The translations under genes were made by a program, and so were the position numbers. Below the pieces are notes generated by a model. The model searched no databases. It was not told the origin of the DNA and saw only the letters and a list, made by a program, of their open reading frames with translations. This document shows positions 1 through 14,100 of a stretch of 64,000 nt of DNA, piece by piece. Numbering within the stretch: the first letter of the stretch is position 1; each line of letters opens with the position of its first letter. Source of the DNA: Tubiluchus corallicola (taxonomy: Eukaryota > Animalia > Priapulida); assembly GCA_030141605.1 (NCBI GenBank), contig JAQGDQ010000366.1:124537-188536 (forward strand), written 5' to 3'.

Positions 1-1225
1 AACCTTGTAGCATAGGCAATGAAAATAGCTGTACAATCGTGTAGAATTAACCTTGTAGCATAGGTAAATGAACATAGCTGTACAATCATGAGAATTAACC
101 TTGTAGCATAGGTAAATGAACATAGCTGTACAATCCTGTAGAATTAACCTTGTAGCATAGGCAATGAAAATAGCTATACAATCGTGAGAGTTAACCTTGT
201 AACATAGGCAATGAAAATAGCTGTACAATCGTGTAGAATTAACCTTGTAGCATAGGTAAATGAACATAGCTGTACAATCATGAGAATTAACCTTGTAGCA
301 TAGGCAATGAAAATAGCTGTACAACCATGTAGAATTAACCTTGTAGCATAGGTAAATGAACATAGCTGTACAATCATGAGAATTAACCTTGTAGCATAGG
401 CAATGAAAATAGCTGTACAACCATGTAGAATTAACCTTGTAGCATAGGTAAATGAACATAGCTGTACAATCATGAGAATTAACCTTGTAGCATAGGTAAT
501 GAACATAGCTGTACAATCGTGAGAATTAACCTTGTAGCATAGGTAAATGAACATAGCTGTACAATCCTGTAGAATTAACCTTGTAGCATAGGCAATGAAT
601 ATAGCTGTACAATCGTGTAGAATTAACCTTGTAGCATAGGTAATGAAAATAGCTGTACAATCGTGTAGAATTAACCTTGTAGCATAGGTAATGAACATAG
701 CTGTACAATCGTGTAGAATTAACCTTGTAGCATAGTTAATGAAAATAGCTGTACAATCGTGTAGAATTAACCTTGTAGCATAGTTAATGAACATAGCTGT
801 ACAATCATGTAGAATTAACCTTGTAGCATAGGTAATGAAAATAGCTGTACAATCATGTAGAATTAACCTTGTAGCATAGGCAATGAAAATAGCTTTACAA
901 TTGTGTAGAATTAACCTTTTAGCATAGGTAATGAAAATAACTGTACAATCGTATAGAATTAACCTTGTAACATAGGTAATGAACATAGCTGTACAATCGT
1001 ATAGAATTAACCTTGTCGCATAGGCAATGAACATAGCTATACAATCGTATAGAATTAACCTTGTAACATAGGTAATGAAAATAGCTATATAATCGTGTAG
1101 AATTAACCTTGTAGCATAGTTAATGAACATAGCTGTACAATCGTATAGAATTAACCTTGTAGCATAATTAATGAACATAGCTGTACAATCGTATAGAATT
1201 AACCTTGTAGCATAGGTAATGAAAT
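1..1225. repeat. Minisatellite, ~48-bp unit (46-49), ~25 copies, in a DNAJC5 intron; runs off the window start
   Basis: Unit AACCTTGTAGCATAGGTAATGAACATAGCTGTACAATCGTGTAGAATT repeated head-to-tail; explains ORFs 174..1178 and 526..708. Confidence 0.95.
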
Positions 1226-2013
1226 ATCCAACTCGAATATGTTATTTTTGCAAATGCTAGACGTAAACTGTTTGTGCGCTAATGATAGTTGTAAAAAAAC
1301 TTGTGTAATATTTCACTCAGCAGGAAGCCAAAGCTTAGCTAGAACAATAGGTTGCCATGGTGCTTGTGACACGCAGCCGCTAGGTTCATTGTCCTGCTGT
1401 AGCTTCTAAAATCATACTGTCGGAATTGTTAAAGTTGGCGTTACTATGGCGACTGAGCCGTTTTTATCTGTCATCTAGGGGCTAATTTAAAAAACAGTGC
1501 AAGTGTGTAATTACGTACATTTTGCCATTTGTTTGTTAGTTTCGGCACTAGCGCCTGCATCTCAGAGCTGTGTTGCACGAAAAAAGCGTCACATCTCAGT
1601 TCAGTTGTGATGTAACACACATTTGTGGCAAAGTCGCATGATGATGCAGCACCAAGTTTCGAATTTAAATTTTCAATACTAATTTGTCCAATTTTTGAGT
1701 ATCTGTCAATGTTGTGCAGTAGCATTGTATTTCAAAAAAACTTTTTCACAAACACATACAACGCGCTCGTGGAATGAATGTTTTTGCCATTAAAAATCGT
1801 GTCCGATTCCGACGTCATCACTTACTGTGCTCGCTTGCCACTAATTAAGTTTTTAATTAAGCTATTACTTAATTATCAGACACACTTTAGCATTGTTGAG
1901 GGTGTTAAAATGTATGTTTTGTTACATTTTTCAAAATATTTTTCAAAATGGAGCAGGTTGTAAAAAACATACCGTTTTCCTTTAATCCGCGAGTAAATAT
2001 TTATTTGTTTTAG

Positions 2014-2166
2014 TTTAAAGAAATCAACCATGCACACAGTGTGTTGACCGACTCCACAAGAAAAGAGATCTACGATGAGTACGGCTCTCTAGGCTTATAC
2101 GTCGCCGAGCAATTTGGAGAAGAAAATGTCCACGCCTACTTTATGTTGAATAGTAAATGGGTGAAG
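2014..2166 (+). CDS. DNAJC5: DNAJC5 exon: J-domain C-terminal helices and linker
   Basis: tttag|TTTAAAGAA...GTGAAG|gtaatt; 153 nt = [51 protein letters not shown]. Confidence 0.95.
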
Positions 2167-5100
2167 GTAATTTGCATACTAATTTGCAATTTACGTAAGT
2201 GTTTTATCTTAAAAATTGTCTCGTGTTGGACTCAAATGGTCTATGGCTATGTATTTCTGATACTTTTTTTGTAAAATCTTGAATCAGGTGTGAATTTATG
2301 CTATGGAAAGATGAACTAATTCAATATTACAGATACGATTATTATTAATATATTTATATATAAAGTCTATCATAGATCTAGGCCCACTTAAAGCCGTATG
2401 GGTTGCATTTTTTCCCAAAAATATTGTGTGTTCAGAGTGCGAGTGTGGGTCTCATTGTGCTTGACGAGGAGTTTTCTCGCAATGAATTGCAGGGACGAAA
2501 GGTGCCGGGGTTTAGCGACTCAACGTGAAGAAATTCTCAATCTCTTTATAAAATGTGTGTTCTTTCATGTTTATATAAAGCATGAATTTTGTAACACACC
2601 ACAAGCAGTTAATGAGCCATTATTGGAAATATATGTAATCAACAATAATCACGTAGGCACCAGCGCAGATTATTGAAGTCGTGCTATGCTAACCCTTAAA
2701 CTAGGTAATAGTGTTACTAATACACTACAAGTAATTGTAGTTGTGTTTCGTATACAGTAGTCGCCACTTAATAGACTCACAGTTAATAGAGTCAATCTAT
2801 TAATTGATGAATAAATGCCTGGAACGAGTCGCTTCTATTCAAATATACATAAAAACTATCAGTAATTGACTCAAATAACTTCGCTTAATTGACTCAATAT
2901 TTTCACGTACTTTAAATAAGAGATTTGTATGTGTTCAAACAGCCTTTCCTACTTCTATGTCATCTTGACTTCCCTTTTGTGCATTATATATGTGGAAACA
3001 ATCATGTTAAGTACCGTTTTGTTTGTAAGTAGGTACGTTTATCATGCGCTAACACGTTAGCCTAGCGGTTTTGCTTTGAATCTGTTACCCGGTCACCCAC
3101 TGCAATTTACCTCGTTACCCAAAGAATTTCTGGAAGCTAAACATTTAATCACTTGCCTAGCGGTTTCCTTTTGATGCTCTAGTTTCAGATCACGCTTTCA
3201 AGCTTAATGAGTTAATAGTCAAAGATGCAGGTAGAGTAATTAGTGGGTATTCCTTGTGACTTACAAGAGTAAACATCATACAGCAAATAAGGGCATAGAG
3301 TTAAGAAGTTTAAAAAATGGAGCATAAGCGTAAGAGACTTGTGTGATTTAGAAAAGTATACTCTTTAATTTATTGTTAACTCACTTATATAAATTAACAT
3401 TTTAAAATATTTTTTTCGAATTTTTAACTGCACAAAGGCATTACTTCGTTTCTAAAATTGATTAAAAGCCTTTGCAGTGCATAGTAAGCTGATGACTCAC
3501 ACTTCTATAGCAGTAATACTACACCCATCAGCTAATAGGTTCAATTGCTTAATTGGGTCAAAGCACTTCGGTCCCAAAGTGAGTCTATTAAGCCGCGCCT
3601 ACTGTATAAGCAAACATTAATCCATAATAGAGATTGGCAAGATTGAGCAATAAACGTAGGGTAATACGGTTTGAAATGATGTTGAACAGCGTACTTGGAA
3701 CAATGTGCAACTGTTTGGAGTGATGTTGAGCAGCGTACTTGGAACAATGTGCAACTGTTTGGAGTGATGTTGAGCAGCGTACTTGGAACAATGTGCAACT
3801 GTTTGGAGTGATGTTGAGCAGTGTACTTGGAACAATGTGCAACTGTTTGGAGTGATGTTGAGCAGTGTACTTGGAACAATGTGCGATTGTTTGGAGTGAT
3901 GTTGAGCAGTGTACTTGGAACAATGTGCGATTGTTTGGAGTGATGTTGAGCAGCGTACTTGGAACAATGCACGATTGTTTGGAGTGATGTTGAGTAGTGT
4001 ACTTGGAACAATGTGCGATTGTTTGGAGTGATGTTGAGTAGTGTACTTGGAACAATGTGCGATTGTTTGGAGTGATGTTGAGCAGTGTACTTGGAACAAT
4101 GTGCGATTGTTTGGAGTGATGTTGAGTAGTGTACTTGGAACAATGTGCGATTGTTTGGAGTGATGTTGAGCAGTGTACTTGGAACAATGCACGATTGTTT
4201 GGAGTGATGTTGAGCAGTGTGCTTGGAACAATGCACGATTGTTTGGAGTGATGTTGAGCAGTGTACTTGGAACAATGTGCAACTGTTTGGAGTGATGTTG
4301 AGCAGCGTACTTGGAACAATGTGCAACTGTTTGGAGTGATGTTGAGCAGTGTACTTGGAACAATGCACGATTGTTTGGAGTGATGTTGAGCAGCGTACTT
4401 GGAACAATGTGCAACTGTTTGGAGCGATGTTGAGCAGCGTACTTGGAACAATGTGCGATTGTTTGGAGTGATGTTGAGCAGCGTACTTGGAACAATGCAC
4501 GATTCTTTGGAGTGATGTTGAGCAGTGTACTTGGAACAATGCGCGATTGTTTGGAGTGATGTTGAGCAGTGTACTTGGAACAATGCACGATTGTTTGGAG
4601 TGATGTTGAGCAGTGTGCTTGGAACAATGCACGATTGTTTGGAGTGATGTTGAGCAGTGTACTTGGAACAATGTGCAACTGTTTGGAGTGATGTTGAGCA
4701 GTGTACTTGGAACAATGTGCGATTGTTTGGAGTGATGTTGAGCAGTGTACTTGGAACAATGTGCGATTGTTTGGAGTGATGTTGAGCAGCGTACTTGGAA
4801 CAATGTGCAACTGTTTGGAGCGATGTTGAGCAGCGTACTTGGAACAATGTGCGATTGTTTGGAGTGATGTTGAGCAGTGTACTTGGAACAATGCGCGATT
4901 GTTTGGAGTGATGTTGAGCAGTGTACTTGGAACAATGCACGATTGTTTGGAGTGATGTTGAGCAGTGTACTTGGAACAATGCGCGATTGTTTGGAGTGAT
5001 GTTGAGCAGTGTACTTGGAACAATGCACGATTGTTTGGAGTGATGTTGAGCAGTGTGCTTGGAACAATGCACGATTGTTTGGAGTGATGTTGAGCAGTGT

Positions 5101-8100
5101 ACTTGGAACAATGTGCAACTGTTTGGAGCGATGTTGAGCAGTGTACTTGGAACAATGCACGATTGTTTGGAGTGATGTTGAGCAGTGTACTTGGAACAAT
5201 GTGCGATTGTTAGGAGTGATGTTGAGCAGTGTACTTGGAACATTGCACGATTGTTTGGAGTGATGTTGAGCAGCGTACTTGGAACAATGTGCGATTGTTT
5301 GGAGTGATGTTGAGCAGCGTACTTGGAACAATGCACGATTGTTTGGAGTGATGTTGAGCAGTGTACTTGGAACAATGCGCGATTGTTTGGAGTGATGTTG
5401 AGCAGTGTACTTGGAACAATGCACGATTGTTTGGAGTGATGTTGAGCAGTGTGCTTGGAACAATGCACGATTGTTTGGAGTGATGTTGAGCAGTGTACTT
5501 GGAACAATGTGCGATTGTTTGGAGTGATGTTGAGCAATGTACTTGGAACAATGCACGCTTGTTTGGAGTGATGTTGAGCAATGTACTTGGAACAATGCAC
5601 GATTGTTTGGAGTGATGTTGAGCAGCGTACTTGGAACAATGCACGATTGTTTGGAGTGATGTTGAGCAGTGTATTTGTAACAATGCACGCTTGTTTGGAG
5701 TGATGTTGAGCAGCGTACTTGGAACAATGCACGATTGTTTGGAGTGATGTTGAGCAGTGTATTTGTAACAATGCACGATTGTTTGAAATGATATTGAACA
5801 GCGTACTTGGAACAATGGACGATTGTTTGGAGTGATGTTGAGCAATGTACTTGGAACAATGCACGATTGTTTGGAGCGATGTTGAGCAGTGTGCTTGGAA
5901 CAATGCACGATTGTTTGGAGTGATGTTGAGCAGTGTACTTGGAACAATGCACGATTGTTTGGAGTGATGTTGAGCAGTGTACTTGGAACAATGCGTGATT
6001 GTTTGGAGTGATGTTGAGCAATGTACTTGGAACATTGCACGATTGTTTGGAGTGATGTTGAGCAGCGTACTTGGAACAATGCACGCTTGTTTGGAGTGAT
6101 GTTGAGCAGTGTACTTGGAACATTGCACGATTGTTTGGAGTGATGTTGAGCAGCGTACTTGGAACAATGCACGCTTGTTTGGAGTGATGTTGAGCAGCGT
6201 ACTTGGAACAATGTGCGATTGTTTGGCTCATGCATTTGCTTTTATCATTTTCAGGCATTGTTCGTATTCTGTGGAATAATAACGGGTTGTTACTGTTGCT
6301 GTTGCTGCTGCTGTTGTTGCAACTTCTGTTTCGGAAAATACAAGCCCAAACATCCGGAAGACACCGGGGATTATTGCAACCTAAACGTAAGTACATGATT
6401 TCTATTCAACTATGAACTTACATGTTCAGATTTACTTTTATTTATTCATCCATTTAGCACAATATAAAAATAAAAGTTATAAAAATACAAATTAACAATG
6501 CATTACAGTGCTATGAGCGCAGCAGAAGAAATTAACTTATGAGCTACACTCAACATGGATAAGACTTAATTAATGATATAAACAACAACAAAAGAAAAAT
6601 ACGTTAAGTGGAGCGGAGCAAAGAGATGCGAGAAAACGATAAAGAAGATGTTGATGATGATGATGATGACAACAATGGTGATTTAGATTTATTCATCCAT
6701 TTAGCACGATACAAAAATAAAAGTTATAAAATTAACAGTGCTATGAGCGCAGCAGAAGAAATTACCTTACGAGCTTTGCTCAACGTGGATAAGACTAAAT
6801 TACTGATATAAACAACAACAATAACAACAACAAAAAAATACGTTAAATGGAGCGAAGCAAACATGCGAGAAAATGATAATGATGACAACGATGGTAGATT
6901 AATGCTGATGACAATGGTGATGGTGATGACAATGATAATGAATTGATGCTAATGGTTATAATGCACCAGGTTCGATGATATAAACCAAGTTAGGTATTCT
7001 TGCAGTGTTACAAATATTGTGTTCAAATATTGAACTATATAGAAGTATAAAAATGTGTTATTTTCAAGACTAACGCATTTTTTCATCTGCAAATCACACC
7101 GTCAAGTTTTTGTGTTCTTAGTACAGCAGTGACTTGTACTTTGGAGTAATTTGAGCTAACCCGTGACACCATTGCAATAATCAATCGCGTTGGATTTGTG
7201 CAAAACAAATAGCGGCGCCACTATTCCGTTTCGTTCGTTTGCTGAATGAGTGTGTAGCATATTTCTACTCTGTTGTCTCGGAAGATAAGAAAGCGTGTCG
7301 AATAAACAACCTGGATTTCGAAGAGGAGCGTCCCTTACGACAGGGGTGTGCAAAATGTGGCCCGCGAAGAGATTTGTCAAGCTAATGAAAGTGCGGTCCG
7401 GGAGATTAATTGAGTGTATCCAGCTGAAGTCCGTGCCACGATCCCAAAGATAGTGCGGGTAGTTTTTTCTTACTAGATCTGATGCCATTAACCCTTACAA
7501 GACGGTTGTAGCTTAATGTCACTGTACTACACAGACTGTGTGATACACATTACTAATATGCATTGTAATGAAATTACCACTATCTGTCCTGAAAGTAGAA
7601 ATATATGGTTTGTAATATAAATTTTAATAAACTTCTAAAATAGTTTCTTGAGTATAGTAGCAATGATGTACGCAGGTCGGATGCAAAAAAATCGTTATTA
7701 GGCCTTTCTGTACTTGGCTCCTTGATCAAACTGCCTGTGGCCCGCAGGAATTGCGGGAAAGTTTAATGTGGCCCGGCTAGTCAGATAATTTGCACACCCC
7801 TGCCTTACGAGATCAGCAAATGCTACTTCGTATGGCCGTGGTCATATGCAGTATGTGGTGCTACTTTCGACTGTTTTGGTTTTCTTTTGGTAAATTTTTT
7901 TAGAGAAATTCAAATGTACCAAATTTAATTTCTCTGTCAAATTTTCCTCGCTTCCAAAGTATTATCCTCTTTGTTGCTTTGTTTATCGAATTTCCATCAA
8001 TGTAAAAATGAGCAAGGTATACAACTGTTTGGGCTTTCAAAACCAAATTTGAAGCTCGATTAAATTTTGCTCTTTCTTTGCTCTTTCATCAATGTAAAAA

Positions 8101-11100
8101 TGAGCAAGGTATACAACTGTTTGGGCTTTCAAAACCAAATGTGAAGCTCGATTAAATTTTGCTCTTTCTTTGCTCTTTGTTTGCCAAAACATATCATTCC
8201 ATCTAAACATAAGAAATTATTGACAAAAAGTAACAAATAAACAAATAACAAAAAAATAACAATAGCCAAAAGTCAATTTTACATAATTAAGAGTTCTGCA
8301 CTGTACTGTCGTATTAATCAATACCTAGCTGTTATTTTAAAGTAAATTTAAATTTTATAAAGTAATTAGAGGATATACATACATTATTAGCCCCAAATCA
8401 TGAGCAATTGTAACAGATAACGACAATATCTTATCAACGTATCATGACACGTCTTCACTTCACGGTAGGCCTCTGACCCAGATCAAATTGATCACGTGAT
8501 TAGGACAAAAAATCACCACAAGGTGGCCAAAGCCAACAACAAGCGAAGGCCGCAAAGCACGCCGATGCAAGATTTCCAGTACAACAACTGAGTGCTGTAC
8601 GTCGCTTATGAAGAAATTAGTCCAGAATGTGAAGCATCGGTTTGCTTGCACACGTTTGTGAAATGTGCAAACTTAAATAAGAAACTACGCTTACAACGAT
8701 ACCATTCCATTTGTTCCTTTAAGTCACTGAACAATTTTTCTGAAATAGTGCCCTATTGTGACGTCACAATATTAAACAACCGGCACACACCACCCACGCC
8801 AGATGAAATCAATCGGACCACAAGACATCACCCTCACCATGCCACAAAACAACAACAACATTTTTCACAGTGTTAAAACTGGGTGAAATGGCATACACTA
8901 ATAAAGCCATCCATTGGTGATCAATAATGCACGAACATTGTACATAGTCTTTTCTGACTGCTTCTCAAATGATGGCAATAGGCTTGTTCAGTCTAGCTGT
9001 CAACAGTACACATTAATGGTTGTCATACAATCCATATTTTTACGAAAATTAAGTATGCATTGTTTGCCTCTCAATGAGTAAAGTGAGGCAAAGAATGAAT
9101 GTAAGCAGAAGGTCCCTAGTTCAAATCCAGATCGCATCCCAAATTTTTCAAACTATTGTTGTTTAATTAATTTTGTTTTGCGACATCATTAATAGTAACC
9201 TTGACATTAAGATTATAAGAGTTAATTAATCTTGAAGAATACTTGTTGAAATGGAATAATTTTACTAAAGCACATATTGAATTATCCTGCATGGGATGTC
9301 TCTTCTAAAATGTCAGAAACATTTACTAAATAAACTAGGTTTCTCTAATAATCGTAATGATAATTAATGCACGAACAAAACACTTAGTCGCGTTAACCAT
9401 TTACATTGTTAACAATGAGAAAGCTAAAATGTCAGTGACTGACCTTCAGTTCTTACAAGTAACTATTATTCACTAACTGCAGTTCGTCAGAAATACAACA
9501 AACTGTTAGAATGCCATGTACAGTTGCTTTGTATTTTTAATGAACTCAAGTTAGTGAATAATAGTTATTTGTAAGAACTGAATGGCTGTTGTTGACATAT
9601 TAACGTTCTTTTCAACAAACCATTCTGGACCATTGTTAACCAAAATCTTGTCATTTTCTGCCGTTCGAAGTTTCGCCGTTAACCAGGCGGTGCGTTCAGA
9701 CTCACAGAGAGACTCGCTAAGTAATTTGCAAGCTTGTTCAGACTAGCAAAACTTGCAGAAGTTACTCTTTGACAGTAAGCGTGATATGACACTCACTTCT
9801 CTACTCACTGCAAGAAACTGGACAAATAACTCGCCAATGTGTTCACACTAGACAGTAACTCGCAGAAAACGAACTTGCAGCAGTTACTCTTTGACAATAA
9901 GCATGAGATGACACTCACTTCTCTACTCACTGCAAGAAACTGGACAAATAACTCGCCAACGTGTTCACACTAGACAGTAACTCGCAGGAAACGGACTTGC
10001 AGTAGTTACTCTTTGACAGTAAGCGTTCGATGACACTCACTTCTCTACTCACTGCAAGAAACTGGACAAATAACTCGCCAATGTGTTCACACTAGACAGT
10101 AACTCGCAGGAAACGGACTTGCAGTAGTTACTCTTTGACAGTAAGCGTTCGATGACACTCACTTCTCTACTCACTGCAAGAAACTGGACAAATAACTCGC
10201 CAATGTGTTCACACTAGACAGTAACTCGCAGGAAACGAACTTGCAGCAGTTACTCTTTGACAGTAAGCGTGCGATGACACTCACTTCTCTACTCACTGCA
10301 AGAAACTGGACAAATAACTCGCCAATGTGTTCACACTAGACAGTAACTCGCAGGAAACGAACTTGCAGCAGTTACTCTTTGACAGTAAGCGTGCGATGAC
10401 ACTCACTTCTCTACTCACTGCAAGAAACTGGACAAATAATTCGCCATTGTGTTCACACTAGACAGTAACTCGCAGAAAACGAACTTGCAGCAGTTACTCT
10501 TTGACAGTAAGCGTGCAACGACACTCACTTCTCTACTCACTGCAAGAAACTGGACAAATAACTCGCCAATGTGTTCACACTAGACAGTAACTCGCAGGAA
10601 ACGAACTTGCAGCAGTTACTCTTTGACAGTAAGCATGAGATGACACTCACTTCTCTACTCACTGCAAGAAACTGGACAAATAACTCGCCAATGTGTTCAC
10701 ACTAGACAGTAACTTGCAGGAAACGAACTTGCAGCAGTTACTCTTTGACAGTAAGCGTGCAATGACACTCACTTCTCTACTCACTGCGAGAAACTGGACA
10801 AATAACTCACCAATGTGTTCACACTAGACAGTAACTCGCAGGAAACAAACTTGCAGCAGTTACTGTTTGACAGTAAGCATGAGATGACACTCACTTTTCT
10901 ACTCACTGCAAGAAACTGGACAAATAACTCACCAGTGTGTTCACACTAGACAGTAACTTGCAGGAAACGAACTTGCAGCGGTTACTGTTTGACAGTAAGC
11001 GTGAGATGACACTCACTTCTCTACTCGCTGCAAGAAACTGGACAAATAACTCGCCAATGTGTTCACACTAGACATTAACTCGCAGAAAACGAACTTGCAG

Positions 11101-14100
11101 CAGTTACTCTTTGACAGTAAGCATGAGATGACACTCACTTCTCTACTCACTGCAAAAAACTGGACAAGTAACTCGCCAATGTGTTCACACTATACAGTAA
11201 CTCACAGGAAACGAACAAGCAGCAGTTGCCAGGTAACTCGCAATAACTCGCTGACAGTAACTCACAAAGCCGTTCACACTTGCAAGTTTGGTGTCAGACA
11301 GAAAACTCGCTAGTCTGAACACTACGTAAGTCTCTTTTGTTACTGTTTTAAAAGAAGTCTTGGAAGAAGTTTACAATTCCCCACACAAGTAGCATCTTAC
11401 CATTGCTTAGTTTACAATTACACAGTAAATTCTCGCCTAACGACGCTAGTACATTCCGGCAAAACATGACGCTAAACGAAATGTTATTAAATGAAGCCGA
11501 GACTTCCATAAAATATTTTGGAGTGTGCTCTTGTGTAAAAGAAGACCGGACGATTGTTTAGACTCAATCGCATTTTATTTTATTGTCCAAAATATACATT
11601 TTCTTGCCATATGAAAGTTAGCAATTGTTCCTTATATTTGAATAATTAGCTTAGAATGTTAATTAATGGCAACCGAACACAGCTATTGCTTACGTCAGAA
11701 ACTAACCACAGTTTGTGCAATGGCAGGCGTCTTCCCTTGCGCGTCAAGCATGTTTGCACAAGTGTTACAGTACTGTATAAATGCATGACATCACAGAAAA
11801 TGGGCTTTACATCATATGACGTCAGAAACTAACACTCCAGTTCATGATCATGCTTATCACGGTACCGCCTTCTGTTTGTCGGCCACGTGAATGTGACAAA
11901 AAGGCGCCGCTGCCAATCTTAGTAGATTCACTGAGCCGCGCGTAGCTTCGAAAGTTTAACGAAATTTGAACATCCGAGGTAATTATTATTTAATCTAAGT
12001 TTTGATTTAAAATAAACTATTGTAGTTTTCAATATTTTATAGCATTCTTTATTCTGAACTCGTGTTTACACAATCGTCCGGTTTTCTTTTAAACTCGGTC
12101 GTTTTGCATGTAATCACTTTTCCTAGACATTTATTTACAAACTCTCATTTTTAAAATATTTTAAAACTTTCGCTTTACGTTTTCACCAGACTTTCACCAA
12201 GAAAGCGCAATATCTTACGGGTTGATTCCATCTTATTATTTTTTTGCCTCTCTGTGCACAGAGCGTTTGTCGTAATTTATTTGTCGGGCGGATTACCGTA
12301 TTTTCCCGTGTATAAGAGACCCTTGTGTATAAGAGACCCCTTCAATTTTTAGGCAAAAATTCTGGAAAAAAGTTTTTTCAGACGGACATTTTTAGAGGGT
12401 AGAGTACAACTTTTTTCAACTCAGTGCGGTACTGAAAACAAAATAAAACCAGTTAATGTGTTGTAGAAAAAGAGTACTGGTATATATCAAAGTGCGTACC
12501 TGCAAACCTGTAACAGGAAAAGAGAAAACGAGGAGATAATGTCTGTGTCACGATGCTTGTATTGCTTACAACCGCTTCATAGTCGAACGCGACACACAAA
12601 ACAGTTGTAGAGCACTTATTTCTTTAAAATCATTAGTGTCACAATTTATGCATCTTATTGAAAAGACTTACTCCCATGTATAAGAGACCCCTGATTTTTA
12701 AAGTGAAAATTCTGAGCAAAAAAGGGTCTCTTATACACGGGAAAATACGGTAATTTGTTTACTTTGCTCACTTGCTGTTGTTTGTTGTGTTTTATTTTTA
12801 ATATTCATTGCATGTTTGTGTACTTTATTTTAGCCAGAGAAGTTAGGAGAAGGCAGCTCACAAGGGGGGGACACGGTAATCGTTATAGACCAACCCGCAT
12901 CTAGTAATAATTACCCGGCTGAGGAAAAGCCAGGCGGCAAATCTCGGGTACGTGTTTTAGCGAGTAAACAAGCAAACGAACGGACAAACAAACAAGCAAG
13001 CTGAAAACGAAAGACAAGCAAACAAGCAAGCTGAAAACGAAAGACAAGCAAGCGAACAGAAAAGCAAACAAGAAAGCTGAAAGACGAACAAACATGCAAA
13101 CAAACAGTAAACAAGGAAGCTGAAAAACGAACAGACAAACAAAGAAGCAAGCTGAAAACGAAAGACAAGCAGACGAACGGACAAACAAACAAGCAAGCTG
13201 AAAACGAAAGACAAGCAAGCGAACAGAAAAGCAAACAAGAAAGCTGAAAGACGAACAAACATGCAAACAAACAGTAAACAAGGAAGCTGAAAAACGAACA
13301 GACAAACAAAGAAGCAAGCTGAAAACGAAAGACAAGCAGACGAACGGACAAACAAACAAGCAAGCTGAAAACGAAAGACAAGCAAGCGAACAGAAAAGCA
13401 AACAAGAAAGCTGAAAGACGAACAAACATGCAAACAAACAGTAAACAAGGAAGCTGAAAAACGAACAGACAAACAAAGAAGCAAGCTGAAAACGAAAGAC
13501 AAGCAGACGAACGGACAAGCAAACAAGCAAGCTGAAAACGAAAGACAAGCAAGCGAACAGAAAAGCAAACAAGAAAGCTGAAAGACGAACAAACATGCAA
13601 ACAAACAGTAAACAAGGAAGCTGAAAAATGAACAGACAAACAAAGAAGCAAGCTGAAAACGAAAGACAAGCAGACGAACGGACAAACAAACAAGCAAGCT
13701 GAAAACGAAAGACAAGCAAGCGAACAGAAAAGCAAACAAGCAAGTGAACAGACTAGCAAACAAGCAAACAAACGATAAACAAGGAAGCTGAAAACAAAGA
13801 GACAAGCAAACAAGCAAGATAAAAAAATTATGGACATACAAACAAATAAACGAACAAGGAAATCGAAAAACAAACAAACAGACTAACAGGCAAATAAATT
13901 ATGAAGCTGAAATATGAACAAACAAGCAAACAAACAATGAAGCTGCAATATGAACGAAAAAAGAACAAAAAAGTCGAAGAACGAGCAGACAAACAAGCAA
14001 ATAAACAAAGAAACAAACCAAAAAGAAACGAGCAAACAAACAAAAACAGGCAAACATGCAAAAAAACAATTGTATATTTGGATGATTATGACACATGTTT

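Noticed and set aside
174-1178. 334-aa repetitive ORF
   Set aside because: Translation of the 48-bp minisatellite
3541-6396. Very long minus-strand ORFs (951, 859, 512 and 341 aa) rich in C/H
   Set aside because: They are translations of a stop-poor 44-bp satellite, open in all three frames and antisense to a DNAJC5 intron
9050-9150. tRNA-like B box (GGTCCCTAGTTCAAATCC), with a similar hint near 38590
   Set aside because: No cloverleaf; at most a decayed SINE head
12901-13877. Three hydrophobic membrane-protein-like ORFs
   Set aside because: Reverse complement of an A-rich repeat, open in all frames
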